From: an uncultured Gammaproteobacteria bacterium
Lineage (GTDB): Bacteria > Patescibacteriota > Patescibacteriia > 2-12-FULL-57-11
DNA length: 64,000 nt
Direction: 5' to 3'
Assembly (NCBI GenBank): GCA_964648865.1
Contig: CAZYLV010000003.1
Span: 33,731 to 97,730, forward strand
A program made the position numbers and the translations under genes. This document shows positions 30,572-40,581 of the stretch, one piece after another. The notes beneath the pieces are model-generated. The model was given only the letters and a program-made list of their open reading frames with translations, had not been told where the DNA came from and did no database searches. The stretch's first letter is position 1. Every line of letters begins with the position of its first letter.

Positions 30572-32382
30572 TGCGCATCGTCCGCGCCGTCCCCGCCTTG
30601 CGCCTGCCGCCGCGCATCGGCTGGCTGGATTATGCGTGCCCGGACGACGCGGCCGTGGCGCCGGGCGACGTGGTCTGGGTGCCGTTCCGCCGCCGGCAGG
30701 TGGCCGCGCTCCTGCTTGAGGAAGCGCGGACGAGCGCGGTGCCGACGGTCAAGCTCGCCGTCCTGCCCGAGGCGCTGCGTCCGCTCTCGCGTCTCGAGGC
30801 GCCGACGCTCCAGGCCTTCCGCGAGACGGCCGCGCTCTTCCATGCGCCCTTGCCCTGGCTGCTGGCCTCGACCCTGCCGACGGTCCCCCGCCGCGCGCTG
30901 CCGCTGCCGGAGAGCCTGCGGTCGGCCGAGCTTGGTGCCGGCTCCACTGGTGCGCTCGTGCGCCATCGCGGCGACGTCGTCGAACGCTACCTCGACGTGA
31001 TCCGGGAGACCGGCGCGGCCGCACGGCAGACGCTCATCGTGGTTCCGGACATCCTGCGCGGGACGGATCTGTGGGAGGCGTTTTCCCGGGCGCGGTTGTG
31101 CGTGGCCTTTTGTCATCACGAGCTCGCCGCCGGCGCGCGCTGGAAGGCGTGGAATGCGCTGGCCCGCCAGGAGGCGGACGCGCTGATCGTCACCAAGTCC
31201 GGAGTCTTCGCGCCTGCGCCGCTGCTCGGCCAGGTCATCGTCGACGGCGAGGACGACGCCGACCATGTGCAACGCGACGCCTTCCCCTACCTGGACGCAC
31301 GGGACGCCGCCGAGCGCCGCGCACGCCTGTCCCGCGCCGCGCTGCTGCTCGCCTCGGAGACGCCGCGCTTCGCGACGGCCTGGCGGGCGCGGGAGTCGCG
31401 GTGGGAGTCCACGGCGCCGCCCCCGGCACCGCCGGAGACGCGCTTGGTCCCGCTCCGGCAGGAGCCGATGGGATTCCGCCGGAGCCTGCTCTCCGGCGCC
31501 CTCCTGGACGCGGCCCGCGAGGCTGGACAGAGCGGAAAAAACGTGGTAGCGTTGCTCAACCGTACGGCCAACGCACGGAGCGTCTCCTGCGCCGATTGCG
31601 GCCTCGTCCTGCGCTGTCCCACGTGCGGACTGGCGCAGGCCGTGCGCGACGGTCGATTGGCCTGCGGCCGCTGCGCGACGCGCGTCGCCATGCCCGGATC
31701 CTGCCCGCGTTGCGGCGGCCAGCGGCTCACCGAGCGCGGCCCAGGCATCGATGCCGTGCGCACGGCGTTGGCCAGGGCGTTGCCGGAACTGCCGGTGCAT
31801 GCGCTGACCCGGGATCGCGACGTCCCTGCCGACGACGCGCCCGCGGTGTTCCTGACCACGGAGACGCTCTTCAAGAACGCCCGCGGCATCCTCTCCCGCC
31901 CCCTGGGCCTGGTGGCTGCGCTGGAAGCCGACACCGGCCTGCGTCTGCCCGAGTATCGAGCGGCAGAGCAGGCTTGGGCGCTCCTGGAGCGTCTGGCGAA
32001 CGTGGCCCGCCGCGCCGAGGCCCCGCTGCTGCTCCAGGCCTGGGAGCCGGACCATCCGGTGCTTGCGGCAGTGCAGAGCGGCAACCCTGCCGCGCTCGTC
32101 GCACAGGAACTGACGGACCGCAAAGCCTACGGTTATCCGCCGTTCGCCGCGCTCTGGACCCTCTACCCGACCTCGACCGCCGATGCGGCGGCTGCGACGC
32201 TGCGCCGCGCGCTCCCCGATGCCGACGTCTTCCCGATCGAACGCGCGGAGGGACGGCGCGCGGTCCGCGGACGTCCGGCGCTGCGCCTGCGCACCGCGGC
32301 TGCGGAACAAGACGTGCGTCGCGCCTTCGCGGCGCTGCCGCCGGACTGGATCGTCGAGCCCGAACCCGAACGGTTTTCCTGA
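30571..32382 (+). CDS. priA: Degenerate primosomal protein N' (PriA-like)
   Basis: DY..P..GD.V.VPF N-domain, four CxxC pairs, R..YGYPPF; helicase motifs eroded; upstream of def-fmt. Confidence 0.8.
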   Translation: MRIVRAVPALRLPPRIGWLDYACPDDAAVAPGDVVWVPFRRRQVAALLLEEARTSAVPTVKLAVLPEALRPLSRLEAPTLQAFRETAALFHAPLPWLLASTLPTVPRRALPLPESLRSAELGAGSTGALVRHRGDVVERYLDVIRETGAAARQTLIVVPDILRGTDLWEAFSRARLCVAFCHHELAAGARWKAWNALARQEADALIVTKSGVFAPAPLLGQVIVDGEDDADHVQRDAFPYLDARDAAERRARLSRAALLLASETPRFATAWRARESRWESTAPPPAPPETRLVPLRQEPMGFRRSLLSGALLDAAREAGQSGKNVVALLNRTANARSVSCADCGLVLRCPTCGLAQAVRDGRLACGRCATRVAMPGSCPRCGGQRLTERGPGIDAVRTALARALPELPVHALTRDRDVPADDAPAVFLTTETLFKNARGILSRPLGLVAALEADTGLRLPEYRAAEQAWALLERLANVARRAEAPLLLQAWEPDHPVLAAVQSGNPAALVAQELTDRKAYGYPPFAALWTLYPTSTADAAAATLRRALPDADVFPIERAEGRRAVRGRPALRLRTAAAEQDVRRAFAALPPDWIVEPEPERFS

Positions 32383-32383
32383 C

Positions 32384-32866
32384 ATGCCCAAGCGTCTGCC
32401 CATCATCGCGCTGCCGAACCCTGTCCTCCGCAAGAGGACGGCTTCGGTTCGTCCGGAGGAGATCGTCACGCCGGAGTTCCAGGCGTTCCTCGAGGACATG
32501 ACCAAGACGATGTTCGAGGCCGACGGCGTGGGGCTCGCCGCCAATCAAGTGGCCGTCTCCAGGCAGGTCACGGTCATCTCCACCAAGGACGGCCCGTTGG
32601 CGCTCATCAATCCGCGCGTCACCCGCATGTCCAAGAAGACGGAACGCGGCGAGGAGGGCTGCCTGTCCGTGCCCGGCGTCTGGGGACTCGTGGACCGCTC
32701 GGTGGAGCTCGACGTGGAGGCCCTCGGCCGTGACGGCACGCCGCTGTCCTTCACGGCCAAGGGCTTCTTCGCCCGCGTCATCCAGCACGAGACCGACCAC
32801 CTCAACGGGACGCTGTTCATCGACCGCGCGGTCGAGGTCCACGAGGCCGAGCCGCGCGACGCCTGA
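32384..32866 (+). CDS. def: Peptide deformylase
   Basis: GVGLAANQV, EGCLSVP, QHETDHLNG. Confidence 0.98.
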   Translation: MPKRLPIIALPNPVLRKRTASVRPEEIVTPEFQAFLEDMTKTMFEADGVGLAANQVAVSRQVTVISTKDGPLALINPRVTRMSKKTERGEEGCLSVPGVWGLVDRSVELDVEALGRDGTPLSFTAKGFFARVIQHETDHLNGTLFIDRAVEVHEAEPRDA

Positions 32867-32869
32867 GCC

Positions 32870-33805
32870 ATGCGCATCGTCTTTTGGGGGACCTCGACCT
32901 TCGCCGTCCCGGCCTTGCGCGCGCTGCACGCCGCTGATGGCGTCGAGCTCGTCGCCGTGGTCACCCAACCGGACAAGCCGCACGGCCGTCATGGCGACAT
33001 CCTGCCGGGCCCCGTGGCCGCCGCCGCGCGAGAGCTCGGCCTGACGCTGCTCCAGCCGGAGACCGTGAGGGACGAGACGCTCCGGCAGACGCTCGAGGAT
33101 GCGGCGCCCGACGTCGCGGTCGTGGCCGCCTACGGCCGCATCATCCCGGAGGCGCTGCTGGCGATCCCGCGGCTGGGCACGCTCAACATCCACCCGTCAT
33201 TGCTGCCCCGCTGGCGCGGTCCCTCACCCATCCAGGCGGCCATCGCGCACGGCGACGCCGAGACCGGGGTGAGCATCATGCTGCTCGACGCCGAGATGGA
33301 CCACGGTCCCCTGCTCGCGCAGCGCCGCGTCCCGCTCTCCGGGACCGAACGGTACCCCACGCTCGAGACGCACCTTGCCGAGGTCGGGGCCGCGCTGCTC
33401 TTGGAGACGGTCCCGCGGTACGTCTCAGGCGGACTGCGACCCGTGTCGCAGGACCACGACCAGGCCGTCTTCTGCGGCATGCTGGACCGGGACAGCGGCC
33501 GCGTGGACTGGAGCGCGTCCGCCGTCTCCATCGCCCGTCTCGACCGTGCCTACGATCCGTGGCCCGGCATCTGGACCGAGTGGACCGACGGCACGGCGAC
33601 GCTGCGCGTCAAGCTCTTCGATGCGCGCGTCGAGGACGTGGTCGCCGACTTGGGAGCCCTGTCGCAGCGGCAGGACCGGCTCCTCGTGGGAGCCCATGCG
33701 GAATCCGTGTCCTTCGGCGAACTGCAGGTCGAAGGCAAGAAGCGCCTGACCCTCACGGAGCTGCTGCGCGGGATGCCGATGTTCCTGGACGGACGGTTCC
33801 GCTGA
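32870..33805 (+). CDS. fmt: Methionyl-tRNA formyltransferase
   Basis: VVTQPDKP, AAYGRII, NIHPSLLPRWRGPSPIQ. Confidence 0.97.
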   Translation: MRIVFWGTSTFAVPALRALHAADGVELVAVVTQPDKPHGRHGDILPGPVAAAARELGLTLLQPETVRDETLRQTLEDAAPDVAVVAAYGRIIPEALLAIPRLGTLNIHPSLLPRWRGPSPIQAAIAHGDAETGVSIMLLDAEMDHGPLLAQRRVPLSGTERYPTLETHLAEVGAALLLETVPRYVSGGLRPVSQDHDQAVFCGMLDRDSGRVDWSASAVSIARLDRAYDPWPGIWTEWTDGTATLRVKLFDARVEDVVADLGALSQRQDRLLVGAHAESVSFGELQVEGKKRLTLTELLRGMPMFLDGRFR

Positions 33806-35243
33806 TCCCGTACGCCAACAGCAGCACGCCTATCCCCAACGGATGGTTGAGCCACGGCGAGAGCAGATGCGCTCCCGCGGTGCCGAGCACGGCCAGGCCC
33901 AAACCGATATGCAGCCACGGACCGTCAGGGTCCGTTTTTGCCGCCTGCCAGGAGCGCCATAAGACCACGCAAAGGAAGAAGGCGAAGGCGATCGGACCGA
34001 CGAGACCCATCTTCAACCAGAAGTCCAGCCAGCCCCACTCGAAGGCGCTGGTCGTGTAATTGCCGTCAGGGAAATACGCGAGCAGACGCGGGTCACGCGT
34101 CACGTACGTCAGCTCCTTGCCGAAGCCGTGGCCGAGCAGCGGCTGCTCACGGATCGCCGGCCACATCACCCGCAGCAGGTTCATGCGGCTGTCGGCCGCG
34201 GGCTCGCCGGCGACCGCGCCGACGCGAGAGAACGCCGCGCCGCTCACCGAGCGCGAGAGCAGGAACGGCAACCCGATGCCCAACGCGGCGAACACGAGCA
34301 GGGCGAGCAGGTACGCGCCGAGCTTGGGACGCGTGACATGCCATGCGGCGACGGTCAGCGCGCCGAGCGCGGCGGCGACGGCGGCCGCGAGCCAGAAGGT
34401 CCGCGAGAAGGAGACGAAGACCACGGCGGCCGCGAGGATGCCCGAGACCTCGATGATGAGGCGGTTCGGCAGCGTCGGATCGCCTGGCGCCGCGCGGTCA
34501 CGCTCGGTGCGGGCGGCGACGTACAGCGCCGGTGCCATCAGGAACACGGCGAAGGTCCAGAGATGCGCCTGGAAGAAGACACGATAGAACCCGCCGGGCG
34601 CGCGCGTGATTTCCCCGAAGCCGAAATCGCGGATCCAGACGTACGAGGCGCGCAGCACCGGCTCCGGCGTCGCGTGGGTGTAGAGGAAGAACAGCAGCAG
34701 CGTCTGCACGGCACCGGCGGCGACCGCGCCGAGGACCGCGGAGAGGAGCATGGCGCGATCTTTGGCGTTCCGCAGCGCCAAGACGTACGTCGGCAGGAGC
34801 AGCAGGTACAGGTAGGCGTTGAGGTCCGAGAACACCCGGCCGAACGGCCGCTGCGTGAGGCCCCACGTCGCGCCCCAGGCCACGGCTGCGGCAAGCAGGA
34901 GCGTGGCCGGATGACGCAGGACGGGCGTGAGATGCCGCCGCAGGTCGGGGCGGCGCAGCTCCCAGGCCGTTGCCGCGAGCGCGACCGCGAACAGCACCAT
35001 GCGGACCGAGAGCCCTCCCCAGGGAAGGACGAAGCTCCGGCCCAAGGACCCTGCCGCGAGCTCCACGAGGACGACGGCCGTCCCGAGCGCGAATGACCGA
35101 CGGTACAGGAGCGCGGCCACGCCGGCCACGACGACGACGCCCACCGGCTCCAGCCCCCGCGCCTGCGAAGCGCCGAAGGAGGCGAGAAGCGCGAGGGACG
35201 TCGCCCCGAACGCGAGGAGATAGGGTCGCAGGGGAACCGTCAT
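33753..35243 (-). CDS. O-antigen ligase/polymerase-family membrane protein
   Basis: Multiple TMs, SFSRTFW, R......I..QPLLGHGFG, K.G..G. Confidence 0.8.
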   Translation of the reverse strand: MTVPLRPYLLAFGATSLALLASFGASQARGLEPVGVVVVAGVAALLYRRSFALGTAVVLVELAAGSLGRSFVLPWGGLSVRMVLFAVALAATAWELRRPDLRRHLTPVLRHPATLLLAAAVAWGATWGLTQRPFGRVFSDLNAYLYLLLLPTYVLALRNAKDRAMLLSAVLGAVAAGAVQTLLLFFLYTHATPEPVLRASYVWIRDFGFGEITRAPGGFYRVFFQAHLWTFAVFLMAPALYVAARTERDRAAPGDPTLPNRLIIEVSGILAAAVVFVSFSRTFWLAAAVAAALGALTVAAWHVTRPKLGAYLLALLVFAALGIGLPFLLSRSVSGAAFSRVGAVAGEPAADSRMNLLRVMWPAIREQPLLGHGFGKELTYVTRDPRLLAYFPDGNYTTSAFEWGWLDFWLKMGLVGPIAFAFFLCVVLWRSWQAAKTDPDGPWLHIGLGLAVLGTAGAHLLSPWLNHPLGIGVLLLAYGISGTVRPGTSASRAAAP

Positions 35244-36109
35244 GCGTAGGTGGAACGCTTCATGCCGAGCATGCCGATGCCCCAAGCCAGAAGCATTGCC
35301 ACGGGGTGCAGGAGACGGACCAGGGCCCAGGCGAACGGTCCGTGATGCTTGCGCATGTACGCGGCCAGGCTCGCGTCATAGAAGCGTTGGCGCTGCGGCG
35401 CGAAGACCTGGGCGAAGCTCTGCCCGCCATGATGGATGACGGCCGTCTCCGCGTCGTACCAGACCTCCAGTCCGGCGTCGACCGCTTGCTTGCACCAGTC
35501 GACTTCCTCGAACCAGATGAAGTAGCGCTCATCCAGGGGCCCCAGGCGGTCCAGGCCGACGCGCGTCATCAGGAAGGCCGCGCCGATGACCTGCTCGGCC
35601 CGTTGCGTCTTGGCGTAGTCGAAGCCGTCGCGGAAATACCGCCGCAGGAACGGGAGGGAACGCGAGACGTGCTGCAGCTTGAGCATGATCATGGCCTGAT
35701 CGGCGGGGCGCGGGAAGTCCAGCACCGATCGCTGCGTGCTGCGGTCCGCGTTGAGCACGTGGCAGCCGACCACGGCGGCCTGCGGATGCGCGTCCGCGAA
35801 CCGTACCAGCGCGGCCGGCGCATCCTCGATGAGCTCGGTGTCCGGATTGAGGAGCAGCACGTGGCGGCCGGACGCCGTGCGGATGCCTTGGTTGCATGCG
35901 GCGGCGAATCCCCTGTTTTCGGCGTTGCCGATGAAGCGGACCTCAGGGAACGAGCGGCGCAGTTCGTCGCCGAGACCGTCGCCGCTGGCGTTGTCGATGA
36001 CCAGGGTCTCATGCGGGACACGCACATGCGCACGGATGGAGGCCAACAGCCGCAACACCAACGGCTTGACCCTGTAATTGACGATGACGATGGAGACCTC
36101 AGGCGTCAT
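35240..36109 (-). CDS. GT2 glycosyltransferase (WbbL-like)
   Basis: SIVIVNY, IDNAS, NRGFAAACNQG, LLNPD, FEEVDWC. Confidence 0.92.
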   Translation of the reverse strand: MTPEVSIVIVNYRVKPLVLRLLASIRAHVRVPHETLVIDNASGDGLGDELRRSFPEVRFIGNAENRGFAAACNQGIRTASGRHVLLLNPDTELIEDAPAALVRFADAHPQAAVVGCHVLNADRSTQRSVLDFPRPADQAMIMLKLQHVSRSLPFLRRYFRDGFDYAKTQRAEQVIGAAFLMTRVGLDRLGPLDERYFIWFEEVDWCKQAVDAGLEVWYDAETAVIHHGGQSFAQVFAPQRQRFYDASLAAYMRKHHGPFAWALVRLLHPVAMLLAWGIGMLGMKRSTYA

Positions 36110-36801
36110 AGGCGTCCGGCCCGCAGGGATTCCTTGAACGCCAACCAGACGTCCGAGACGCGCCAGGGCAGCCGGTGCTTGCGGCGGATGCGCGCCGTGG
36201 CCCTGAGCCGCGAGAGGCCGCCGCGTCGGCTCATGGTCCCCTCGCTCCGCACGCGGAACAGCACCTCCGGCACGCCGACGCCGACCTTCCCCTGCCCAAT
36301 CATGGTCAGCCACAGGTCCCAGTCCTGGAAACGTTCGAGCGACGCGTCGAATCCCGGGAAGTCGCGGCGACGGATGAGCGACATGGTGCTGATGAAGTTG
36401 TTGCGTCGCACCGCCGCCGCATCGAAGGGCCGCATGCCGAAGGCCTTGCCGCCCCACTCGAAGCCGCAGTACGCGAAGGCGGCCTCCGGATGCGCGGCGA
36501 GCGCCGCCGTGAGCCGCTCCAGCAGGCGCGGGTCGAGGGCCAGGTCGGCGTCGCAGAAGAAGAGCAGCTCTCCCGTCGCCATGCCGGCGCCGACGTTGCG
36601 TGCCGCGGCCGCGCCGCAGTGCGGCACGCTGCGCACCGCGGCACCGGCAGCGCGCGCGATGTCGGGCGTGCCGTCGGTGGAACCGTCGTCGACGACGATG
36701 ACCTCGTCGGCCCGTCGCGTCTGCGCCTGGACGCTCGCCAAGCAGGCGCCGAGCGTCTCCGCGGCGTCATGGGCCGGCACGATCACGCTGATGCGCTCCA
36801 T
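36106..36801 (-). CDS. GT2 glycosyltransferase
   Basis: ISVIVP, VDDGSTD, ARN.G, FCDAD, QDWDLWL. Confidence 0.92.
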   Translation of the reverse strand: MERISVIVPAHDAAETLGACLASVQAQTRRADEVIVVDDGSTDGTPDIARAAGAAVRSVPHCGAAAARNVGAGMATGELLFFCDADLALDPRLLERLTAALAAHPEAAFAYCGFEWGGKAFGMRPFDAAAVRRNNFISTMSLIRRRDFPGFDASLERFQDWDLWLTMIGQGKVGVGVPEVLFRVRSEGTMSRRGGLSRLRATARIRRKHRLPWRVSDVWLAFKESLRAGRL

Positions 36802-37886
36802 AGCCGGTTCCAGGCGTCGACGAGCGGTTGGATGGCGTGGATGTAGCGGAAGCGCTCGGCGACGCGGCGGCGCCCCGTCTCGCCGAGCAGCGCGGCGTAG
36901 GCAGGGTCGCGCCACAGCGCGAGCAGGGCCTGGGCGATGGCGTTGGGGTCCTTGCCGTCAACGAGCAGGCCGGTCTCCTTGTCGAGCACCGCCTCGCCCA
37001 CCCCACCGCCGACGCCGGCGACCACGGCCTTGCCGAAGCCCGCCGCCTCGATGAACACGATGCCGAAGCCCTCGGGGTCGGCATCCGAGCTCTGCGTGGG
37101 AAGCGCGAAGAAGGCGCACTGCGCGAAGAGCGTCCGCAGCTCGTCGTCCGTCGCCGAACGGACCTCGACCGCGTCCTCAAGCCCGAGATGCGCACGGTCG
37201 TCGAGCACCTCGGCGCGTTCCGGACCGTCGCCGACCATGACCAGCCGGAAGTCCGGCGCCTCCGCGCGGAGCTGCGCCACGGCCCGCAGCAGCGTGCGGA
37301 AGCCCTTGCGCGGCACCATGCGGCCGGCCGCGAGCACGAAGCGTCGCGCCGGCGGCGGCTCGTCGCCCTTGGGATCCACGGCCGGACAGGGATAGACGAC
37401 GACGCCGTCCTTGAGCGGAGCCAGCGCCTTGGCCCGGGAGAGCGTGTACTCGCTGTTGGCGACGACGATGTCGGCGTCGCCGAGCACCCGGGCCGCCAGG
37501 GAGCGCTTGCGCGGCTGCAGCTCGGCACGGGCGATGTCCAGCCCGTGCACGAAGACCACGGTCTTCTTCTTGGAGAGGCGCGACGCCAGCCAGGCGGCGG
37601 TACCGTACGGCAAGAGGTGGCTGGCGGCGTAGGCGTCGCCGGAGACGTCCGCTTGGAGACGCAGGAGCGCGGGGACCAGCCCGATCCAGCGCGGCACCAG
37701 CCACCGGCTGCGGAACGGCGCGGGCACGACCGGGAACGGCGCCACAGCCTTCTCCGCCAGGTCCGGCGGCGCCAGAAGGCGGACGTCGGCGTACGTGCAG
37801 AAGGCCTCCAAGACGCCGTGCAGGTAGTTGGCGACGCCGCCGCGCACCGGAGGGTATTCGTCGCTGATGACGAGGAGACGCTTCAT
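36783..37886 (-). CDS. GT4 glycosyltransferase
   Basis: YPP..GGV, VHGLD, GRMVPRKG, EGFGIVFIEA. Confidence 0.92.
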   Translation of the reverse strand: MKRLLVISDEYPPVRGGVANYLHGVLEAFCTYADVRLLAPPDLAEKAVAPFPVVPAPFRSRWLVPRWIGLVPALLRLQADVSGDAYAASHLLPYGTAAWLASRLSKKKTVVFVHGLDIARAELQPRKRSLAARVLGDADIVVANSEYTLSRAKALAPLKDGVVVYPCPAVDPKGDEPPPARRFVLAAGRMVPRKGFRTLLRAVAQLRAEAPDFRLVMVGDGPERAEVLDDRAHLGLEDAVEVRSATDDELRTLFAQCAFFALPTQSSDADPEGFGIVFIEAAGFGKAVVAGVGGGVGEAVLDKETGLLVDGKDPNAIAQALLALWRDPAYAALLGETGRRRVAERFRYIHAIQPLVDAWNRLWSASA

Positions 37887-39346
37887 AGGGGCTGGGTCGG
37901 CTCGCCGGTCCGGCGGACGCTGCGCAGGAAGGCGGCCCAATCGTCCCCGGTGACGACACGCAGCACCCGGACGCAGAGCGCGTAGGCGGCCGCGCCGAGG
38001 ACGACCGAGAGCGGCAGCGGCAACGCACCGGACGTGAGCGTGACGAGAAGCCCCATGGCCGCGGCGGCCAGCGCGATGCGCGCCACGAGCGACGGCAGGG
38101 CATGGAGCGCCTTGCCCAGGTAGCGTGCCGTGGCCAGGAAGTCCATGAGGAACAAGGCGGCGTTCGAGGCGGCGAAGGCCAGGGCCGCGCCGACCACGCC
38201 GAAGCGCGGGATGAGCGCGACGTTGAGCGCGACGTTGAGGGCGGTCGTGACCCCTCGGTGCACGGAGCTGCGCTTCTCCATGCCGATGGCGTTCAAGAGC
38301 GATCCGGTGGGATACGAAAGGAAGACCACCGGCAGCGCCGCGACCATGATCAGGAAGGGCATGCGCGCGTCCCCGTACTGCGGCCAGATCGTCGTCAGGA
38401 TGTCGTCGGTGAGCACGAAGAGCCCAACGGCCATCGGCAACACGACCATGAGCAGATAGGCGAAGCTCCGCTCGAAGAGCGCGGCCAACCGCTCACGGGC
38501 ATGCGCCGCGTAGTTGGACATCGAGGGGTAGATGGCCGTGGCGAAGGCGCCGGGCACCAGCGTCTGCAGTGCCGTCGTGACCTTCGCCGGGATGGCGTAG
38601 ATGCCGACGTCGCGCTCCGTGGCGAGGAAGAGCAGCAGCACCGAGTCGGCCACGTTGTAGACCTTCTGGAAGACGTTCGAGGCGGCGAAGGCCGGGAGCA
38701 TGCGCAGCAGGTGCCGGGCGCGCGCCGGGTGGAAGTCCGGATGCACGACGGTGCCGAACTGCCGCGCGCCCATCGAGAACAGGAAGACGGCGTTGACGCC
38801 GCTCGCGGCGGCCAGCGCGCACATCAGCCAGAAGGGATCGCGCGTGGCAAGGAGCGCCGTCGTCCCGAGGGCCAGCGTCACGCTCTGGAAGAACAGCAGC
38901 GCAAGGGCCTCGACCCAGACCATCTGCCGCGCCCGGAAGAGCGCGTAGAAGACCATGGCGACGGCGTCGAACAGCAGGATGGCCGATGCCGGCGCCAGGA
39001 TGCGCAGCAGCTCCGGCGAGCTGCCCCGCCCGAGCATCACCAGCCAAAGCACGATGAGCGTGACCACGACCAGCGGGAGCTTGACGGCCAAGGCGGTGCG
39101 CACCAGGGGGACGGCCTCCTGCTCATGCTTGGCGGCCTCGCGGGTCAGGAGCGGCAGGAGCCCGAGGTCGGTGCCGACCTGCGCCAGGGAGACCACGGAG
39201 AGGACCCCGATGTAGGCGCCGAGCGTCTCCGGCGGCAGCTGGCTCGAAAGCAGCCAAAAGTAGCCGAAGGAGATGACCTTCTGGCCGACGACGGCCCCGG
39301 TGTACCAGAGCGTGTTGCGCACGATGCTGCCGGCGGAATGGGCCAT
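37883..39346 (-). CDS. Wzx-type flippase (MOP family)
   Basis: IVRNT.W, DLGL...LTRE, D..LL, VG.Y, LN..LIP.FG..GAA. Confidence 0.9.
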   Translation of the reverse strand: MAHSAGSIVRNTLWYTGAVVGQKVISFGYFWLLSSQLPPETLGAYIGVLSVVSLAQVGTDLGLLPLLTREAAKHEQEAVPLVRTALAVKLPLVVVTLIVLWLVMLGRGSSPELLRILAPASAILLFDAVAMVFYALFRARQMVWVEALALLFFQSVTLALGTTALLATRDPFWLMCALAAASGVNAVFLFSMGARQFGTVVHPDFHPARARHLLRMLPAFAASNVFQKVYNVADSVLLLFLATERDVGIYAIPAKVTTALQTLVPGAFATAIYPSMSNYAAHARERLAALFERSFAYLLMVVLPMAVGLFVLTDDILTTIWPQYGDARMPFLIMVAALPVVFLSYPTGSLLNAIGMEKRSSVHRGVTTALNVALNVALIPRFGVVGAALAFAASNAALFLMDFLATARYLGKALHALPSLVARIALAAAAMGLLVTLTSGALPLPLSVVLGAAAYALCVRVLRVVTGDDWAAFLRSVRRTGEPTQPL

Positions 39347-39435
39347 TGGGGAGGCGGGTTTCCCGATGATTTTCGCAGATTGCGGCGGCATTGACAAACG
39401 CGGCCCGAGCAGGTAGGACGTGTCCGAGGAGAAGC

Positions 39436-39645
39436 ATGAAGAGGACTGCGATCCCGCTCGAGGTCAGCATCCGGTTCCGCTGCCGCGCCGGCACGGGATG
39501 CCCGGTCGAGAAGGCGACCACCGACGCGCGAGACGAGCACGACCTGCTCACCGTCATCGCCGAAGCGCGGCGGCTCCGTCTGTTCTGCGGCCACTGCGGC
39601 TGCCAGGACATCGAGAACGAGATCACCATCCGACGAAAGTCGTGA
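39436..39645 (+). CDS. Small Cys-rich (zinc-ribbon-like) hypothetical protein
   Basis: C.....C and CGHCGC; GAGGAG RBS; TTGACA at 39391; own terminator. Confidence 0.65.
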   Translation: MKRTAIPLEVSIRFRCRAGTGCPVEKATTDARDEHDLLTVIAEARRLRLFCGHCGCQDIENEITIRRKS

Positions 39646-39655
39646 CGCGGACGCG

Positions 39656-39693
39656 AAAGCCGCTCCCCTCCCGGGAAGCGGCTCTTTTCTTTC
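39656..39693 (+). terminator. Terminator between the ORFan and rpsI
   Basis: AGCCGCTCCC-CTCC-GGGAAGCGGCT then CTTTTCTTT. Confidence 0.65.
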
Positions 39694-40218
39694 CTAGCGC
39701 TTGGAGAACTGCGGAGCGCGGCGGGCGGACTTGAGCCCGTACTTCTTGCGTTCCTTGACGCGCGCATCGCGCGTGAGGTAGCCCATCTTGCGCATCGTCG
39801 GCCGGAGCGCGTCGCTCATCTCCGTGAGCGCGCGGGCGATGCCGAGACGCACCGCCTCGGCCTGGCCGCGGATGCCGCCGCCCTTGACCAGCACGGAGAC
39901 GTCGAGGTTGGCGTCCTGGGCAGCCGCCTTGAGCGGGCCGAGCACGGTCCACTGCAGCTCCTCGACCGTGAAATAGCCCTCGTACGGCTTGCCGTTGACG
40001 ACGATCTTGCCCGTCCCCTTGCCGACGCGGACCTGGGCGACGGCCTCCTTGCGGCGGCCGATGGCACGGACGGTACCTTCCGCCGTGAGGACGACCGGGG
40101 CGGCCTCCTGCTCGGTCTTCGGCGCCTCGACCTTCTTTGTCACGGCAGGCTTCTTGGCCGCGCGCGGCGCGACGGCCTTCCTCGCCGCGGGCTTCTTGGC
40201 TGCGGTCTTCTTTTCCAT
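39694..40218 (-). CDS. rpsI: 30S ribosomal protein S9 with Lys/Ala-rich N-extension
   Basis: GRRKEAVA, GGGIRGQ, RDARVKERKK.G...AR..PQFSKR. Confidence 0.98.
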   Translation of the reverse strand: MEKKTAAKKPAARKAVAPRAAKKPAVTKKVEAPKTEQEAAPVVLTAEGTVRAIGRRKEAVAQVRVGKGTGKIVVNGKPYEGYFTVEELQWTVLGPLKAAAQDANLDVSVLVKGGGIRGQAEAVRLGIARALTEMSDALRPTMRKMGYLTRDARVKERKKYGLKSARRAPQFSKR

Positions 40219-40220
40219 AA

Positions 40221-40580
40221 TCAGGCGCTGATCTTCAACCGCTTCATGCGGGGTGCGCGCAGCTTGTTGTGCGGCAGCATGTTGAGCACGGCCTTGCGCA
40301 CGACCTCGGTCGGCTTCTGGGCCATGAGGCGCGCGTAGGGCGTCTCTTTGAGCCCGCCCTGATAGCCGGTGTAGTGCTTGTAGACCTTCTGGTCGGCCTT
40401 CTTGCCGGTGACGCGGACCTTGGCGGCGTTGGTCACCTCGACGATGTCGCCGCCGTCGACGTGCGGGGCATAGCCCGGCTTGTGCTTGCCGATGAGCAGC
40501 GTGGCGATGCGGGTGGCCATGCGGCCGAGCGTCTGGCCGGAGGCGTCGATGGTGTGGGTGGCGCGGACGATCTTCTGCAT
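40221..40580 (-). CDS. rplM: 50S ribosomal protein L13 (short)
   Basis: IDASGQTLGR, GKHKP.Y.PH.D.GD, AV..MLP.NKL. Confidence 0.97.
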   Translation of the reverse strand: MQKIVRATHTIDASGQTLGRMATRIATLLIGKHKPGYAPHVDGGDIVEVTNAAKVRVTGKKADQKVYKHYTGYQGGLKETPYARLMAQKPTEVVRKAVLNMLPHNKLRAPRMKRLKISA

Positions 40581-40581
40581 A

